Position numbers and translations under genes: made by a program
Part shown: positions 10,214 to 18,579 of the stretch, piece after piece
Layout of the letters: every line of letters starts with the position of its first letter
How positions within the stretch are numbered: position 1 is the first letter of the stretch
The notes under the pieces: generated by a model
Told to the model about the DNA's origin: nothing
Database searches by the model: none
What the model saw: only the letters and a program-made list of their open reading frames with translations
Assembly: GCF_965277165.1 (NCBI RefSeq)
Contig: NZ_CBDICE010000005.1
Coordinates: forward strand, 344,443 to 408,442
Length of the DNA stretch: 64,000 bases
Source of the DNA: Rhodopila sp.
GTDB taxonomy: Bacteria; Pseudomonadota; Alphaproteobacteria; Acetobacterales; Acetobacteraceae
Direction of reading: 5' to 3'

Positions 10214-11908
10214 TCAGGCAGCCCGAGGCCCACGCACCAGCCGCCCCGGCAACGCACCGGTCGGCTCGCCCGCCCGATAGACCACCTCCCCAGACACCAC
10301 CGTCGCGTCGAAGCCATCGGTCCGCTGCACCAGGCGCTTGCCGCCGGCAGGCAGGTCGTAGACAACTTCAGGGCTGCGCAGCACCAGCCGGTCGTAGTCG
10401 ATCACGTTGACATCCGCCTTCATACCCACTCGCAGCAATCCACGATCGTTCAAACCGATCGCCGTGGCGTTGTCGTGACTGAGCCTTTTCACCGCCCAGG
10501 CGACCGGAAACAACTCGCCACGGCCGCGTTCGCGGGTCCAGTGCGTCAGGGTATAGCTGGTCGCGGTCGCGTCGCACATGATCCCGACATGCGCGCCACC
10601 ATCGCCCAACCCGAGCAGAGTATCCGGATGGGCAATCATCGTCCGTACCACATCCAGATTGCCCGCCGCATAGTTGGTCACCGGAAGATAAAGTATTGCC
10701 TTGCCGTCACGCTGCATCAGCAGGTCATAGGCAACCTCGTCAGGCGACCGGCCTTCGCGCGCCGCGAGGGCGGCGACACTGTTATCCGGCGGCGGTTCGT
10801 AGTCTGGCGGGTCGCCCAGTGGGAACATAGTGTTCCACCCGCCACGCCGTCCGATCGGTGCGTCTTCCGCCAGCAGCGCCGCCCGAAACGCCGGATCCCG
10901 CAGCCGCTGCATCCGCTCGGGAAAATTGAGTTTGGCGATCGTCTTATACGATGGCCTGCTCATGAACGGGTTCTGCGACAACTCGAAGCCCAGCAGCACG
11001 CTGGTCGGCCGCGACCGCACCTGACCGGTGATGCGCAACCCGTCCGCGTTCGCCGCTTCGATCTGATCCAGCAACTCGCGCCATCCGGCCGGCCTCGAGT
11101 CCGACTGCAGCAGCGTCAATGTCACCGGCCGCCCGGATTCCTCCGCCAGCCGACGGAACAGCCCGAACTCCTGGTCCTGATCTTCGAAATCCGAAACGAT
11201 CTGCAGCCAGCCCGCACTGGCCCGGCGCATGGCATGGGCAATCGCGGTCAGCTCCGCCTGCTCGGCACGCAGCGTGGGGATGTGCTTCCCGTCCAGCGTC
11301 CGGTGATTGAGCGTGCGCGAGGTGGAGAACCCAAGCGCCCCGGCGCGGATGCCCTGTTCGGCCAACTCGGCCATCCGGCCACGGTCCTGTTCGGTAGCCA
11401 GTTCCCGGTCAGCGCCGCGTTGCCCCATCACGTAGACCCGTAGCGCCGCATGTGGCACCTGCGTGGCAATATCGACATCATATCGCCGCCGGTCCAGCAC
11501 ATCGAGAAACTCAGGGAACGTATTCCAGCTCCAGGGCAGGCCCTCGGTCAGCACAACCTCGGGAATGTCCTCGACGCCTTCCATCAGCTTGACCAGCATC
11601 TCGCGCTGACCCGGATGGCAAGGTGCGAAGCCGACGCCGCAATTGCCCATCAGGACAGTGGTCACACCATTCCATGACGACGGAGAAAGCTGCGAACTCC
11701 AGGTCACCTGGGCGTCGTAATGAGTATGCACATCGACAAAGCCAGGCGTGACCAGCCGGTCCCGCGCATCAATCTCCTGCCCGCCTCGCGGAAGCGACTT
11801 GCCGATTGCGCTGATCCGTCCGTCGGTAACCGCGACATCAGCCTGCAGCGGATCGCGTCCGGACCCGTCGATGACCGTGCCGTTGCGGATGACCAGGGTC
11901 GCGGGCAT
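10214..11908 (-). CDS. Amidohydrolase, N-acyl-D-amino-acid deacylase (D-aminoacylase) family
   Basis: ATG 11908 follows GGAGGAGAAAGCC. The N-terminus (IRNGTVIDGSG...VTPGFVDVHTHYD) and the 564-aa length are typical of the family. Confidence 0.85.
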   Translation of the reverse strand: MPATLVIRNGTVIDGSGRDPLQADVAVTDGRISAIGKSLPRGGQEIDARDRLVTPGFVDVHTHYDAQVTWSSQLSPSSWNGVTTVLMGNCGVGFAPCHPGQREMLVKLMEGVEDIPEVVLTEGLPWSWNTFPEFLDVLDRRRYDVDIATQVPHAALRVYVMGQRGADRELATEQDRGRMAELAEQGIRAGALGFSTSRTLNHRTLDGKHIPTLRAEQAELTAIAHAMRRASAGWLQIVSDFEDQDQEFGLFRRLAEESGRPVTLTLLQSDSRPAGWRELLDQIEAANADGLRITGQVRSRPTSVLLGFELSQNPFMSRPSYKTIAKLNFPERMQRLRDPAFRAALLAEDAPIGRRGGWNTMFPLGDPPDYEPPPDNSVAALAAREGRSPDEVAYDLLMQRDGKAILYLPVTNYAAGNLDVVRTMIAHPDTLLGLGDGGAHVGIMCDATATSYTLTHWTRERGRGELFPVAWAVKRLSHDNATAIGLNDRGLLRVGMKADVNVIDYDRLVLRSPEVVYDLPAGGKRLVQRTDGFDATVVSGEVVYRAGEPTGALPGRLVRGPRAA

Positions 11909-12339
11909 GGCTTTCTCCTCCGATCCCGAAGCCTATCGACGGCCGCATCGGCGGGCAAGCAAGACGGTCACAGCTAACGTCACAGGCCGCCGAAGCAATT
12001 ATGTTATTATTAAGAAATAATTAGACCACGGGACGACCCGCCAACACCCAACGCTCGCCGTATTTGGCGCTTGACGTTCGGGCCGGCTTTCATCTTTGTG
12101 TGCGCCGACGACGGGCACCAGCCCGCTTTGCAATACGCCGTGCGATAACAAATACTTGAACCGAGGTTCATCTGTCCGGTCGCGCTGACATTGTCGATGT
12201 CGATGTCGATCCACTGGCTGAGCGGTCGCGCCGGCGAAACACCCTGCTGCGCATCGGCCTGCCGCTATGCGGGGTAGGCCTCATCATCGGCTTCCTGCTC
12301 GGCATTGCCGTCTATGCCGATAACGCCAACCGCGCCGGC

Positions 12340-14457
12340 GTGCTGGGCCTGTCAAGCACGCTGCTGCGCAGCACGCAGGAGCGAATCTCGCTGCAGGTGT
12401 CCGCCTATCTCGAACCCGCCGCGCACGCCACGCTGCTCGCCCACACCATGCTCGGGCGCGGCGGCGCAACGCAGCATGACAAAGAGGCATACGCCTTCGC
12501 CGCCTCGGTGCTGACCGAGACGCCACAGATCGCCAATGTGCTGTTCGCCGACGGCGCGGGAAACTTCATGCTGGTGACACGGGCCGCCAACGGCCAGCCT
12601 GGCGCCACCGATACCAAACGCATCCTGGTGTCGGCCTCCGGCAGAACCGTCGAATGGGTCACCCGCGACAAAAGCGGCGCTGTCACCGCCCGCCGCGAGG
12701 ATCCAAAGGACGATTACGATGCCCGGACCCGGTCCTGGTTTACTGGCGCGCGAGCCTCCGCCGACGTGTTCTGGAGCGGGGTCTATATCTTCTTCTCGGA
12801 ACGAGCGCCCGGCGTCACGGCCGCGGTACACGGTCCCGGCCCCGATCCCGATGTGATCGGCGTCGATATTCGACTGGACGCCATCTCCCGCTTCCTCGGC
12901 GGGCTTTCGATCGGACAGACCGGTCGAGCCTACATTGCCACACGCGACGGCGAGATGATCGCCGGGCCTGATTCGAAGCGCATCCTGCAAACCGTCGACG
13001 GAAAACTTGCACCAGCCCGGATCGGGCAGGTTGGTGATCCCGACCTGACTGCCAGTTGGGATCATTTCCGTGCCCAGGGCCCGGGCAACCGCGTCATCGA
13101 TGTCAACCAACGCCGGCTGATCTCCATCGTCACCCCGCTCGCCAACAACGGCCAGGACTGGCTGCTGTTCATCACCGTGCCGGAGTCCGAATTCAGCGGT
13201 TTCGTCACCGCCAACACCCGCCGTGCCGCGCTATTGTCGCTGGTCGTGGTCGCACTGGCTGCCGGCTTAGGGGTGCTGCTGGTGCGCCAGGGATTGCGCG
13301 CCGACCGGTCCGCCAGGGTAGTCGCCGAACGATCCGCCGCGGTCGAGCAGCAAAGCGCCGCCTTCGCCCGGCTGTCCGCCGAGGCAGGCATGTTCGACCC
13401 CGACGGCACCCCGCCCAAGGCGTTGACCGAGACCTTGGCCGAAGCCACCGGCGCCAAAAGAGCCGCGGTGTGGCGATGTTCCGGCCAGGGCCAGGCCCTG
13501 CGCTGCGACGACAGCTTCGAACCCGCGACCGGAGGCCATGTCGGCGGCCTCGAACTATCACGCCAGGAGATGCCGGCGCTGTTCGATGCAATGGCGGAAG
13601 ACGAAACCATAGACGCACCCGATGCCAGGCGAGACCGGCGCACCGCGGCACTACATGGCTCCCTGATGGCCCCCTTCGGCAGTAATGCCCTGTTAGCCGT
13701 GCCGGTTACCCGGGCAGGACGAGCGATCGGCCTGGTGACGCTGGAAGACGCACGCCGGGACCCTGCCGCCCGCGATTTTGCCCGTGCCTGCGCCACTCTG
13801 GTGGCCCTGGCCACCCCTGACAGAATACCGGAAGCCGGAACCGCCCCGCAGACCTCGGCGGCGGCCGAAGCCGAACCCGTGGCGGACGAACGTGGCCTCG
13901 ATCCGGCGCTCGCTGCCTACAGCGCCGCCGACGAAACCCACCCGCAGGCGATGGTGCTGGTGCTGACACTGCCCGACGCCACGGCCCCGCTGGCGCATCA
14001 GGTCGCCTGCTCGGCGCAGTCCATCGCCGCCGCCCATGAAATCCCTTACGTCAAGATGCTAGGCACCACGATCGTCGCCGCCGCCGGCTTTGCCACCCAA
14101 TCACCCGCCGGACTGGCCGAAGCCGCATCGAGGATGGCCGACGTCGCTATCGCGCTGCGCGAACGCTGCGCCGAACTGTTCGATTCCGACGGCGGACTGG
14201 CCGCGTTCGGCCTCGGTCTGGATGTCGGGTCCGTCGTCGGCGCCACCCTCGGCTATACACCCGGCGTGTTCAATCTGTGGGGCGAGACGGTGCAAGCCGC
14301 CGGCGCGCTGGCCGCTTCGGCTCCCGCTGAGTCCATTCAGGCCAGTGAGCCCGCCTACCTTTTGCTGCGTCAGGGCTTTTTGTTCCGCCCGCGCGGCCTG
14401 TTCTATCGTCCCCATACCGGCGATTCACGCAGCTTCGTCCTGGCCGGCCGCGCATGA
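12340..14457 (+). CDS. Membrane sensor: dCache-like periplasmic region, TM, GAF-like region, and a degenerate class III nucleotidyl-cyclase homology domain
   Basis: Cache-like features are present (DARTRSWFTGA, IGVDIRLDAIS). A second TM segment reads AALLSLVVVALAAGLGVLLV. The C-terminal cyclase-like block reads KMLGTTIVAAAGF...LGLDVGSVVGATLG...FNLWGETVQAAGALA. The true start is probably upstream, because an in-frame TM segment is encoded at 12241-12339 (see findings). Confidence 0.75.
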   Translation: MLGLSSTLLRSTQERISLQVSAYLEPAAHATLLAHTMLGRGGATQHDKEAYAFAASVLTETPQIANVLFADGAGNFMLVTRAANGQPGATDTKRILVSASGRTVEWVTRDKSGAVTARREDPKDDYDARTRSWFTGARASADVFWSGVYIFFSERAPGVTAAVHGPGPDPDVIGVDIRLDAISRFLGGLSIGQTGRAYIATRDGEMIAGPDSKRILQTVDGKLAPARIGQVGDPDLTASWDHFRAQGPGNRVIDVNQRRLISIVTPLANNGQDWLLFITVPESEFSGFVTANTRRAALLSLVVVALAAGLGVLLVRQGLRADRSARVVAERSAAVEQQSAAFARLSAEAGMFDPDGTPPKALTETLAEATGAKRAAVWRCSGQGQALRCDDSFEPATGGHVGGLELSRQEMPALFDAMAEDETIDAPDARRDRRTAALHGSLMAPFGSNALLAVPVTRAGRAIGLVTLEDARRDPAARDFARACATLVALATPDRIPEAGTAPQTSAAAEAEPVADERGLDPALAAYSAADETHPQAMVLVLTLPDATAPLAHQVACSAQSIAAAHEIPYVKMLGTTIVAAAGFATQSPAGLAEAASRMADVAIALRERCAELFDSDGGLAAFGLGLDVGSVVGATLGYTPGVFNLWGETVQAAGALAASAPAESIQASEPAYLLLRQGFLFRPRGLFYRPHTGDSRSFVLAGRA

Positions 14458-15233
14458 GTATGCTCTCTGTCGTCGGCGCCGAGACCCGCAAGCGCTCGTC
14501 CTACGTGCTGCAGCTCGCTTCCCTGTTCTGGGGCGTGATCCGCGAAATCGCATGGCCATCCACCTGGCGACGGACCTTGCGCGCCGTGTTCCGAACCACC
14601 CTGACCCAGACCGTCGCCGGCTCCCTCGGAACCATTGCAGTCACCGCGCTGATCGTCGGTCTGGGCCTGGTGTTCGAGGCGATCTATTGGCTGCGCACCG
14701 CTGGGCAACAGGAACAGATCGGCCGCATCCTGGTCGTCGTGCTGTTCCGCGAGATCACCCCGCTGCTGGTCGGCATCATCCTGCTGGGCCGCGCCGGCAC
14801 AGCGGCGACCGCCGAACTCGGCATGCTGACAGCCGACGGAGAGATCGCGATACTGCGCGCCGAGGGAGTGGACATCTTCGATTTCATGGTGCTGCCGCGC
14901 GCCGTTGCGTTCGCTCTGGGGTCATTCACGCTGGGAGTGATGTTCGTGCTGGTGGCATTGATCAGCGGCTTCGTCACCGGCAGCTTCGCCGGCGTGGTCA
15001 ATACCTCGATCTTCGGCTTTCTGGACAATGTGCTGCGCGCCATGACACTGGGTGACATGGTGATCTTCCCAGCCAAGCTGTTGCTGATCGGGCTGGTCGT
15101 GGCGCTGAGTTCCTGCGTCACCGGGCTCGGCGCGCAAGAAGCCGATACACCGTCTAGCCTGCTGCCCCGCGGCTTTACCAGAGGCGTCACCGGCATCCTG
15201 ACGGTGAGCCTCGTACTGAGCGCCACGATTTGA
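14454..15233 (+). CDS. MlaE/YrbE-family ABC permease
   Basis: ATG 14454 overlaps the upstream stop (ATGA). The family block FREITPLLVGIILLGRAGTAATAELGMLTADGEIAILRAEG is present in a multi-TM, 259-aa protein. Confidence 0.88.
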   Translation: MSMLSVVGAETRKRSSYVLQLASLFWGVIREIAWPSTWRRTLRAVFRTTLTQTVAGSLGTIAVTALIVGLGLVFEAIYWLRTAGQQEQIGRILVVVLFREITPLLVGIILLGRAGTAATAELGMLTADGEIAILRAEGVDIFDFMVLPRAVAFALGSFTLGVMFVLVALISGFVTGSFAGVVNTSIFGFLDNVLRAMTLGDMVIFPAKLLLIGLVVALSSCVTGLGAQEADTPSSLLPRGFTRGVTGILTVSLVLSATI

Positions 15234-15928
15234 CCCCACCGCCCACCCTGGCTCTGCAGGCGGCGCGCGGTTCGGGCGAACGAATGCCCCTCGCCGCGCT
15301 CAACCTGACCCTTTTAGCCGGAGACTTCGCGCTGATCGAGGTCATGGGATCGCGACGTGGCGCGGCGTTCGCCGATCTGTGCTGTGGTCTGGCGCCGCTC
15401 GCGTCCGGCGGCGCGCATTTCCTCGGCCGGGACTGGCATGCCATCCCACGCCATCATGCCGACGCGTTGCGAGGCCATATCGGTCGGCTGTTTCATGTGC
15501 CGATGCGCCAGGACACGCCCGACGTCGCCACCCGCGTGCTGCTGGCACGGCTGCACCACACCCGCGTCCCGGAGGCCACGTTGCGCGCCGAGGCCACCAG
15601 ACTGGCGCTGCGCTTCGGCCTGCCCGGTCTGCCTGCCGGCCCGGCTCGTCGCTTGACCGACCCGGATCTGCTGCGCGCGGCCTGCGTGCGCGCCTTCATT
15701 GGGCAGCCGCGTCTGGTGATCCTGGAACTGCCGGGGACCACGCAGCAGGACGACCTTGTGCCGGCCCTGCTGGAAGCCGGCACCGAGGCGCGCGGCCAGG
15801 GCGTGGCGGTGATCTGGCTGGCGGGTGCCGGCCCGGTGCTGCGCGACCGCTCGATCCGCCCCACCCACCGCCTGCGTCTGAACGACACCGGGCTGGCGCC
15901 TATGCGAACCTTGGCGCGCGCGGCATGA
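15230..15928 (+). CDS. ABC nucleotide-binding-domain-like protein with degenerate catalytic motifs (pseudo-ATPase candidate)
   Basis: TTG 15230 overlaps the mlaE-like stop. Overall order and spacing match MlaF. However, VMGSRRGAA replaces Walker A, LTDPD replaces LSGGQ, and LVILELP replaces hhhhDEP. Confidence 0.65.
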   Translation: MTPPPTLALQAARGSGERMPLAALNLTLLAGDFALIEVMGSRRGAAFADLCCGLAPLASGGAHFLGRDWHAIPRHHADALRGHIGRLFHVPMRQDTPDVATRVLLARLHHTRVPEATLRAEATRLALRFGLPGLPAGPARRLTDPDLLRAACVRAFIGQPRLVILELPGTTQQDDLVPALLEAGTEARGQGVAVIWLAGAGPVLRDRSIRPTHRLRLNDTGLAPMRTLARAA

Positions 15929-16878
15929 GGATCCTGCGCAATACCGACGAATGGATCGGTCTGCTGGTGCTGCTGAGCATCGGCGTTTTCGTCGCCGCCG
16001 TCCTGCACGCCGGCCTGCTGAGCGATTGGTTCCGCCCCACAGAAACCTTGCGTGTCATATTGCCCGAGACCGGCAGCCAGGGTCTGTCCTCGGGCGCCGA
16101 TGTCCAGGTGCTGGGCACCAAGGTTGGCACCGTGCGCCGCGTCGTGGTCGACCCCAGTACCCGCATGTATGCCGAGGTCGAGCTGGACCAGCAGGCGACG
16201 GCATTCATCCGGCGCGACAGCCACGCCTTGGTGAAGAAGCAGTTCGGCGTGGCGGGCGCGGCCTATCTGGACATCACCCGCGGCACCGGAGCGCCGCTCG
16301 ACTGGAAGTACGCGGTGATCGACGCGGTGACGGAACGCGACCCGACCGAGAACATCGGCGCAATGATCGACCAGGTTAAGGCGAAGGTATTTCCGATTCT
16401 GGACGACGCCGCCAAGACCATGCACGCCTTGGCCGATACCACGCAGAGCATAGCCGAGGGCCACGGTGACGTCGGGCGATTGCTGAAGAACGAGGATCTG
16501 GCGAACCAGTTGACCCAGACCCTGGCAAACCTGAAGACCGCGACCAACCGACTGAATGCCTCATTGGCCGACGTCAATTCAGTGACTGCCACGGCCAGCG
16601 GCCCACAGGGCGTCCCAGCGCTGCTGCGCCGCGCCGACGCCTCGCTTGCCTCGGTGCAGAAGGCGACCCACGATTTGGCCAACGCCACGCCGAGACTGCC
16701 GGCGATTACCCGCGACGTCGGCACCAGCACCGCCAATCTGCCGGCGCTGCTGACCCAGACGCAGACGACGATGGTGGAACTGGAAAAGCTCACGGACCAA
16801 TTGCGCCATACCTGGCCGCTTTCCGGTTCGGCCAAACCCGAACCACGCCGCCTGTCGCCGGAACAAGTAAGACCATGA
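15925..16878 (+). CDS. MlaD/MCE-domain protein with long C-terminal helical extension
   Basis: ATG 15925 overlaps the upstream stop (ATGA). An N-terminal TM segment (WIGLLVLLSIGVFVAAVL) is followed by an MCE beta-barrel-like block (LRVILPETGSQGLSSGADVQVLGTKVGTVRRV). Confidence 0.85.
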   Translation: MRILRNTDEWIGLLVLLSIGVFVAAVLHAGLLSDWFRPTETLRVILPETGSQGLSSGADVQVLGTKVGTVRRVVVDPSTRMYAEVELDQQATAFIRRDSHALVKKQFGVAGAAYLDITRGTGAPLDWKYAVIDAVTERDPTENIGAMIDQVKAKVFPILDDAAKTMHALADTTQSIAEGHGDVGRLLKNEDLANQLTQTLANLKTATNRLNASLADVNSVTATASGPQGVPALLRRADASLASVQKATHDLANATPRLPAITRDVGTSTANLPALLTQTQTTMVELEKLTDQLRHTWPLSGSAKPEPRRLSPEQVRP

Positions 16879-17714
16879 AGCGGCTGACGCTCGTTCTGCT
16901 GCTGCTGGCTGGTTGTTCATCCACCCCCAAGAGCAAACCCCAGGATCCGACGTTGTCGCGGTTGGATCATGCTGGCGATATCGCCTTCGACCTGGAGCAG
17001 CCGGATCAAGCCGTGACGCAATTCCGTGCGGCGCTGGCGCGGGCTCACACCGCCGACAACGCGTCGGCGATCGCCGATGCCGGCTTCAACCTTGCGACCG
17101 CCGAGCTGCGTGCCGGACGGCCGCACGACGCACTGCGAACCGCACAGGAATTAACCGCGGGACTGGCAAGACGCGGCATCGTCGATCCGGATTTCGAGTT
17201 GATTTCAGCGACCGCGCTGTTTCGCCTTGACAACTTGCCGGCATCCGCCCGAGCAGCCAATAGATTGACCGCAGCCAAGAGTCCCGCGCTGACCAATGCG
17301 GCCTGGTTTCTGCTCGGTCTGATCGCTGACCAGCGACACGATCGAACCGGTCTTGAAAAGGCCATCGCGTCGATGACCCCGGCGGCTGATCCAGGTGACC
17401 TGGCTGAACTCCAGGCCAGGCTTGCCCACAGCGCGCCGCTGGCACTGCATGCAGCCGATTTGCGCCGAACCCAATTGGACTACCGGGGGATGGCGCGCGC
17501 GCTGGCGCTGGCAGCACAGTACTCCGCCAACGCCCGGAATGCGACGGATCTGTATCTCCGCGCCGGTCGCAGCGCCGCCGGCCAGGGCGATGCCGCCAAT
17601 GCCAAAGCCTGGCTTGGCAGCGCACGAGGGCTGGCTCCGGATACCGCCCTTCGTACCGATGCGGAGCATGCGTTGCATGACCTGTCCAGTCGCCCCGCGC
17701 ACGGATCCAACTAG
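16875..17714 (+). CDS. Lipoprotein with helical (TPR-like) repeats, last gene of the Mla-like operon
   Basis: ATG 16875 overlaps the upstream stop (ATGA). The lipobox is LLLLAG-C. The remainder is Ala/Leu-rich helical sequence. Confidence 0.65.
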   Translation: MKRLTLVLLLLAGCSSTPKSKPQDPTLSRLDHAGDIAFDLEQPDQAVTQFRAALARAHTADNASAIADAGFNLATAELRAGRPHDALRTAQELTAGLARRGIVDPDFELISATALFRLDNLPASARAANRLTAAKSPALTNAAWFLLGLIADQRHDRTGLEKAIASMTPAADPGDLAELQARLAHSAPLALHAADLRRTQLDYRGMARALALAAQYSANARNATDLYLRAGRSAAGQGDAANAKAWLGSARGLAPDTALRTDAEHALHDLSSRPAHGSN

Positions 17715-17798
17715 GCGCGCGGCTCCATCCGGCAGACGCCCCGGAGACAAGCCGGCCGCAACGTTAGCCGGCTATGATGAACGTAGGAGGCCCAGACC

Positions 17799-18356
17799 TT
17801 ACCGATAAACCAGCGCGCTCGGCGAAAGTCCCATCGCCGTGACCGTTGCCGGGGTCAGTTGCCCACTCGGTTCCAGTCCACGGTTGCGTTGGAACTGACC
17901 GACCGCGTTCTGCGTGCCTTCTCCCCAGACCCCGTCGACGCCGCCCGTGTAGAAGCCCAGGCTGCGCAGCCGCTCTTGAACCGCTCGCACCGAACCCGGC
18001 CGCAGTGTGTCCGCCGGGGGCGGCGCCGGAGCCGCAGCGGCCGCGGGCTGCGCACCCAGCAATGTCTGCGGATCAAGCCCGAGCGTCGCCACCGTCGCCT
18101 GGTTCAACTGGCCCGTCACTTGAAGCTGATGACTGGCCTGAAATTGCTGCAGCGCCACGACGCTGTCCGATCCCCATACCCCGTCGACCGCGCCGCTATA
18201 GGCTCCGGCCTGGCGCAAGTGCTGTTGAACGGCCTGCACCCCGGCGGGCGACACCGGCTGGACATAGGCCAACGGCGGGATGGTCTGGCCGGAAGCCAAC
18301 GGGGCGAACGAGGCGGCCAGAACCGCGCCCGCGGCAAGTATCGCAAAAGGTTTCAT
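17799..18356 (-). CDS. Secreted protein with two peptidoglycan-binding (PG_binding_1-like) repeats
   Basis: ATG 18356 gives the signal peptide MKPFAILAAGAVLAASFAPLASG. Two copies of the GxYxGxVDGVWGxxxxxAxxxFQ unit are present. Confidence 0.8.
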   Translation of the reverse strand: MKPFAILAAGAVLAASFAPLASGQTIPPLAYVQPVSPAGVQAVQQHLRQAGAYSGAVDGVWGSDSVVALQQFQASHQLQVTGQLNQATVATLGLDPQTLLGAQPAAAAAPAPPPADTLRPGSVRAVQERLRSLGFYTGGVDGVWGEGTQNAVGQFQRNRGLEPSGQLTPATVTAMGLSPSALVYR

Positions 18357-18579
18357 GTTGCACACCCAGTACTGTCCGCGATGAAACGCCGCCGCCGGCG
18401 CAGCCGTTTCATTGTCGGCATACGCCGTCGATCAGCTTTTGGTTAGCACAGGTTTTCCCGGCACGGCGCATGATCCCAAGCAACGAGGTGGGTCCGGCCC
18501 GTGCGCGACCGCAACCAGGAAAGGTTGCGGCAATCACCATCGTAGGCCATCGTCGCGGCGATCAGACAGGGACGATCCG

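Noticed and set aside
12191-12212. A GTCGAT x3 hexanucleotide microrepeat upstream of the sensor gene.
   Set aside because: It is very short and falls inside the open upstream frame (encoding VDVDVD). I see nothing beyond simple slippage. It is noted only as context for the start-codon question.
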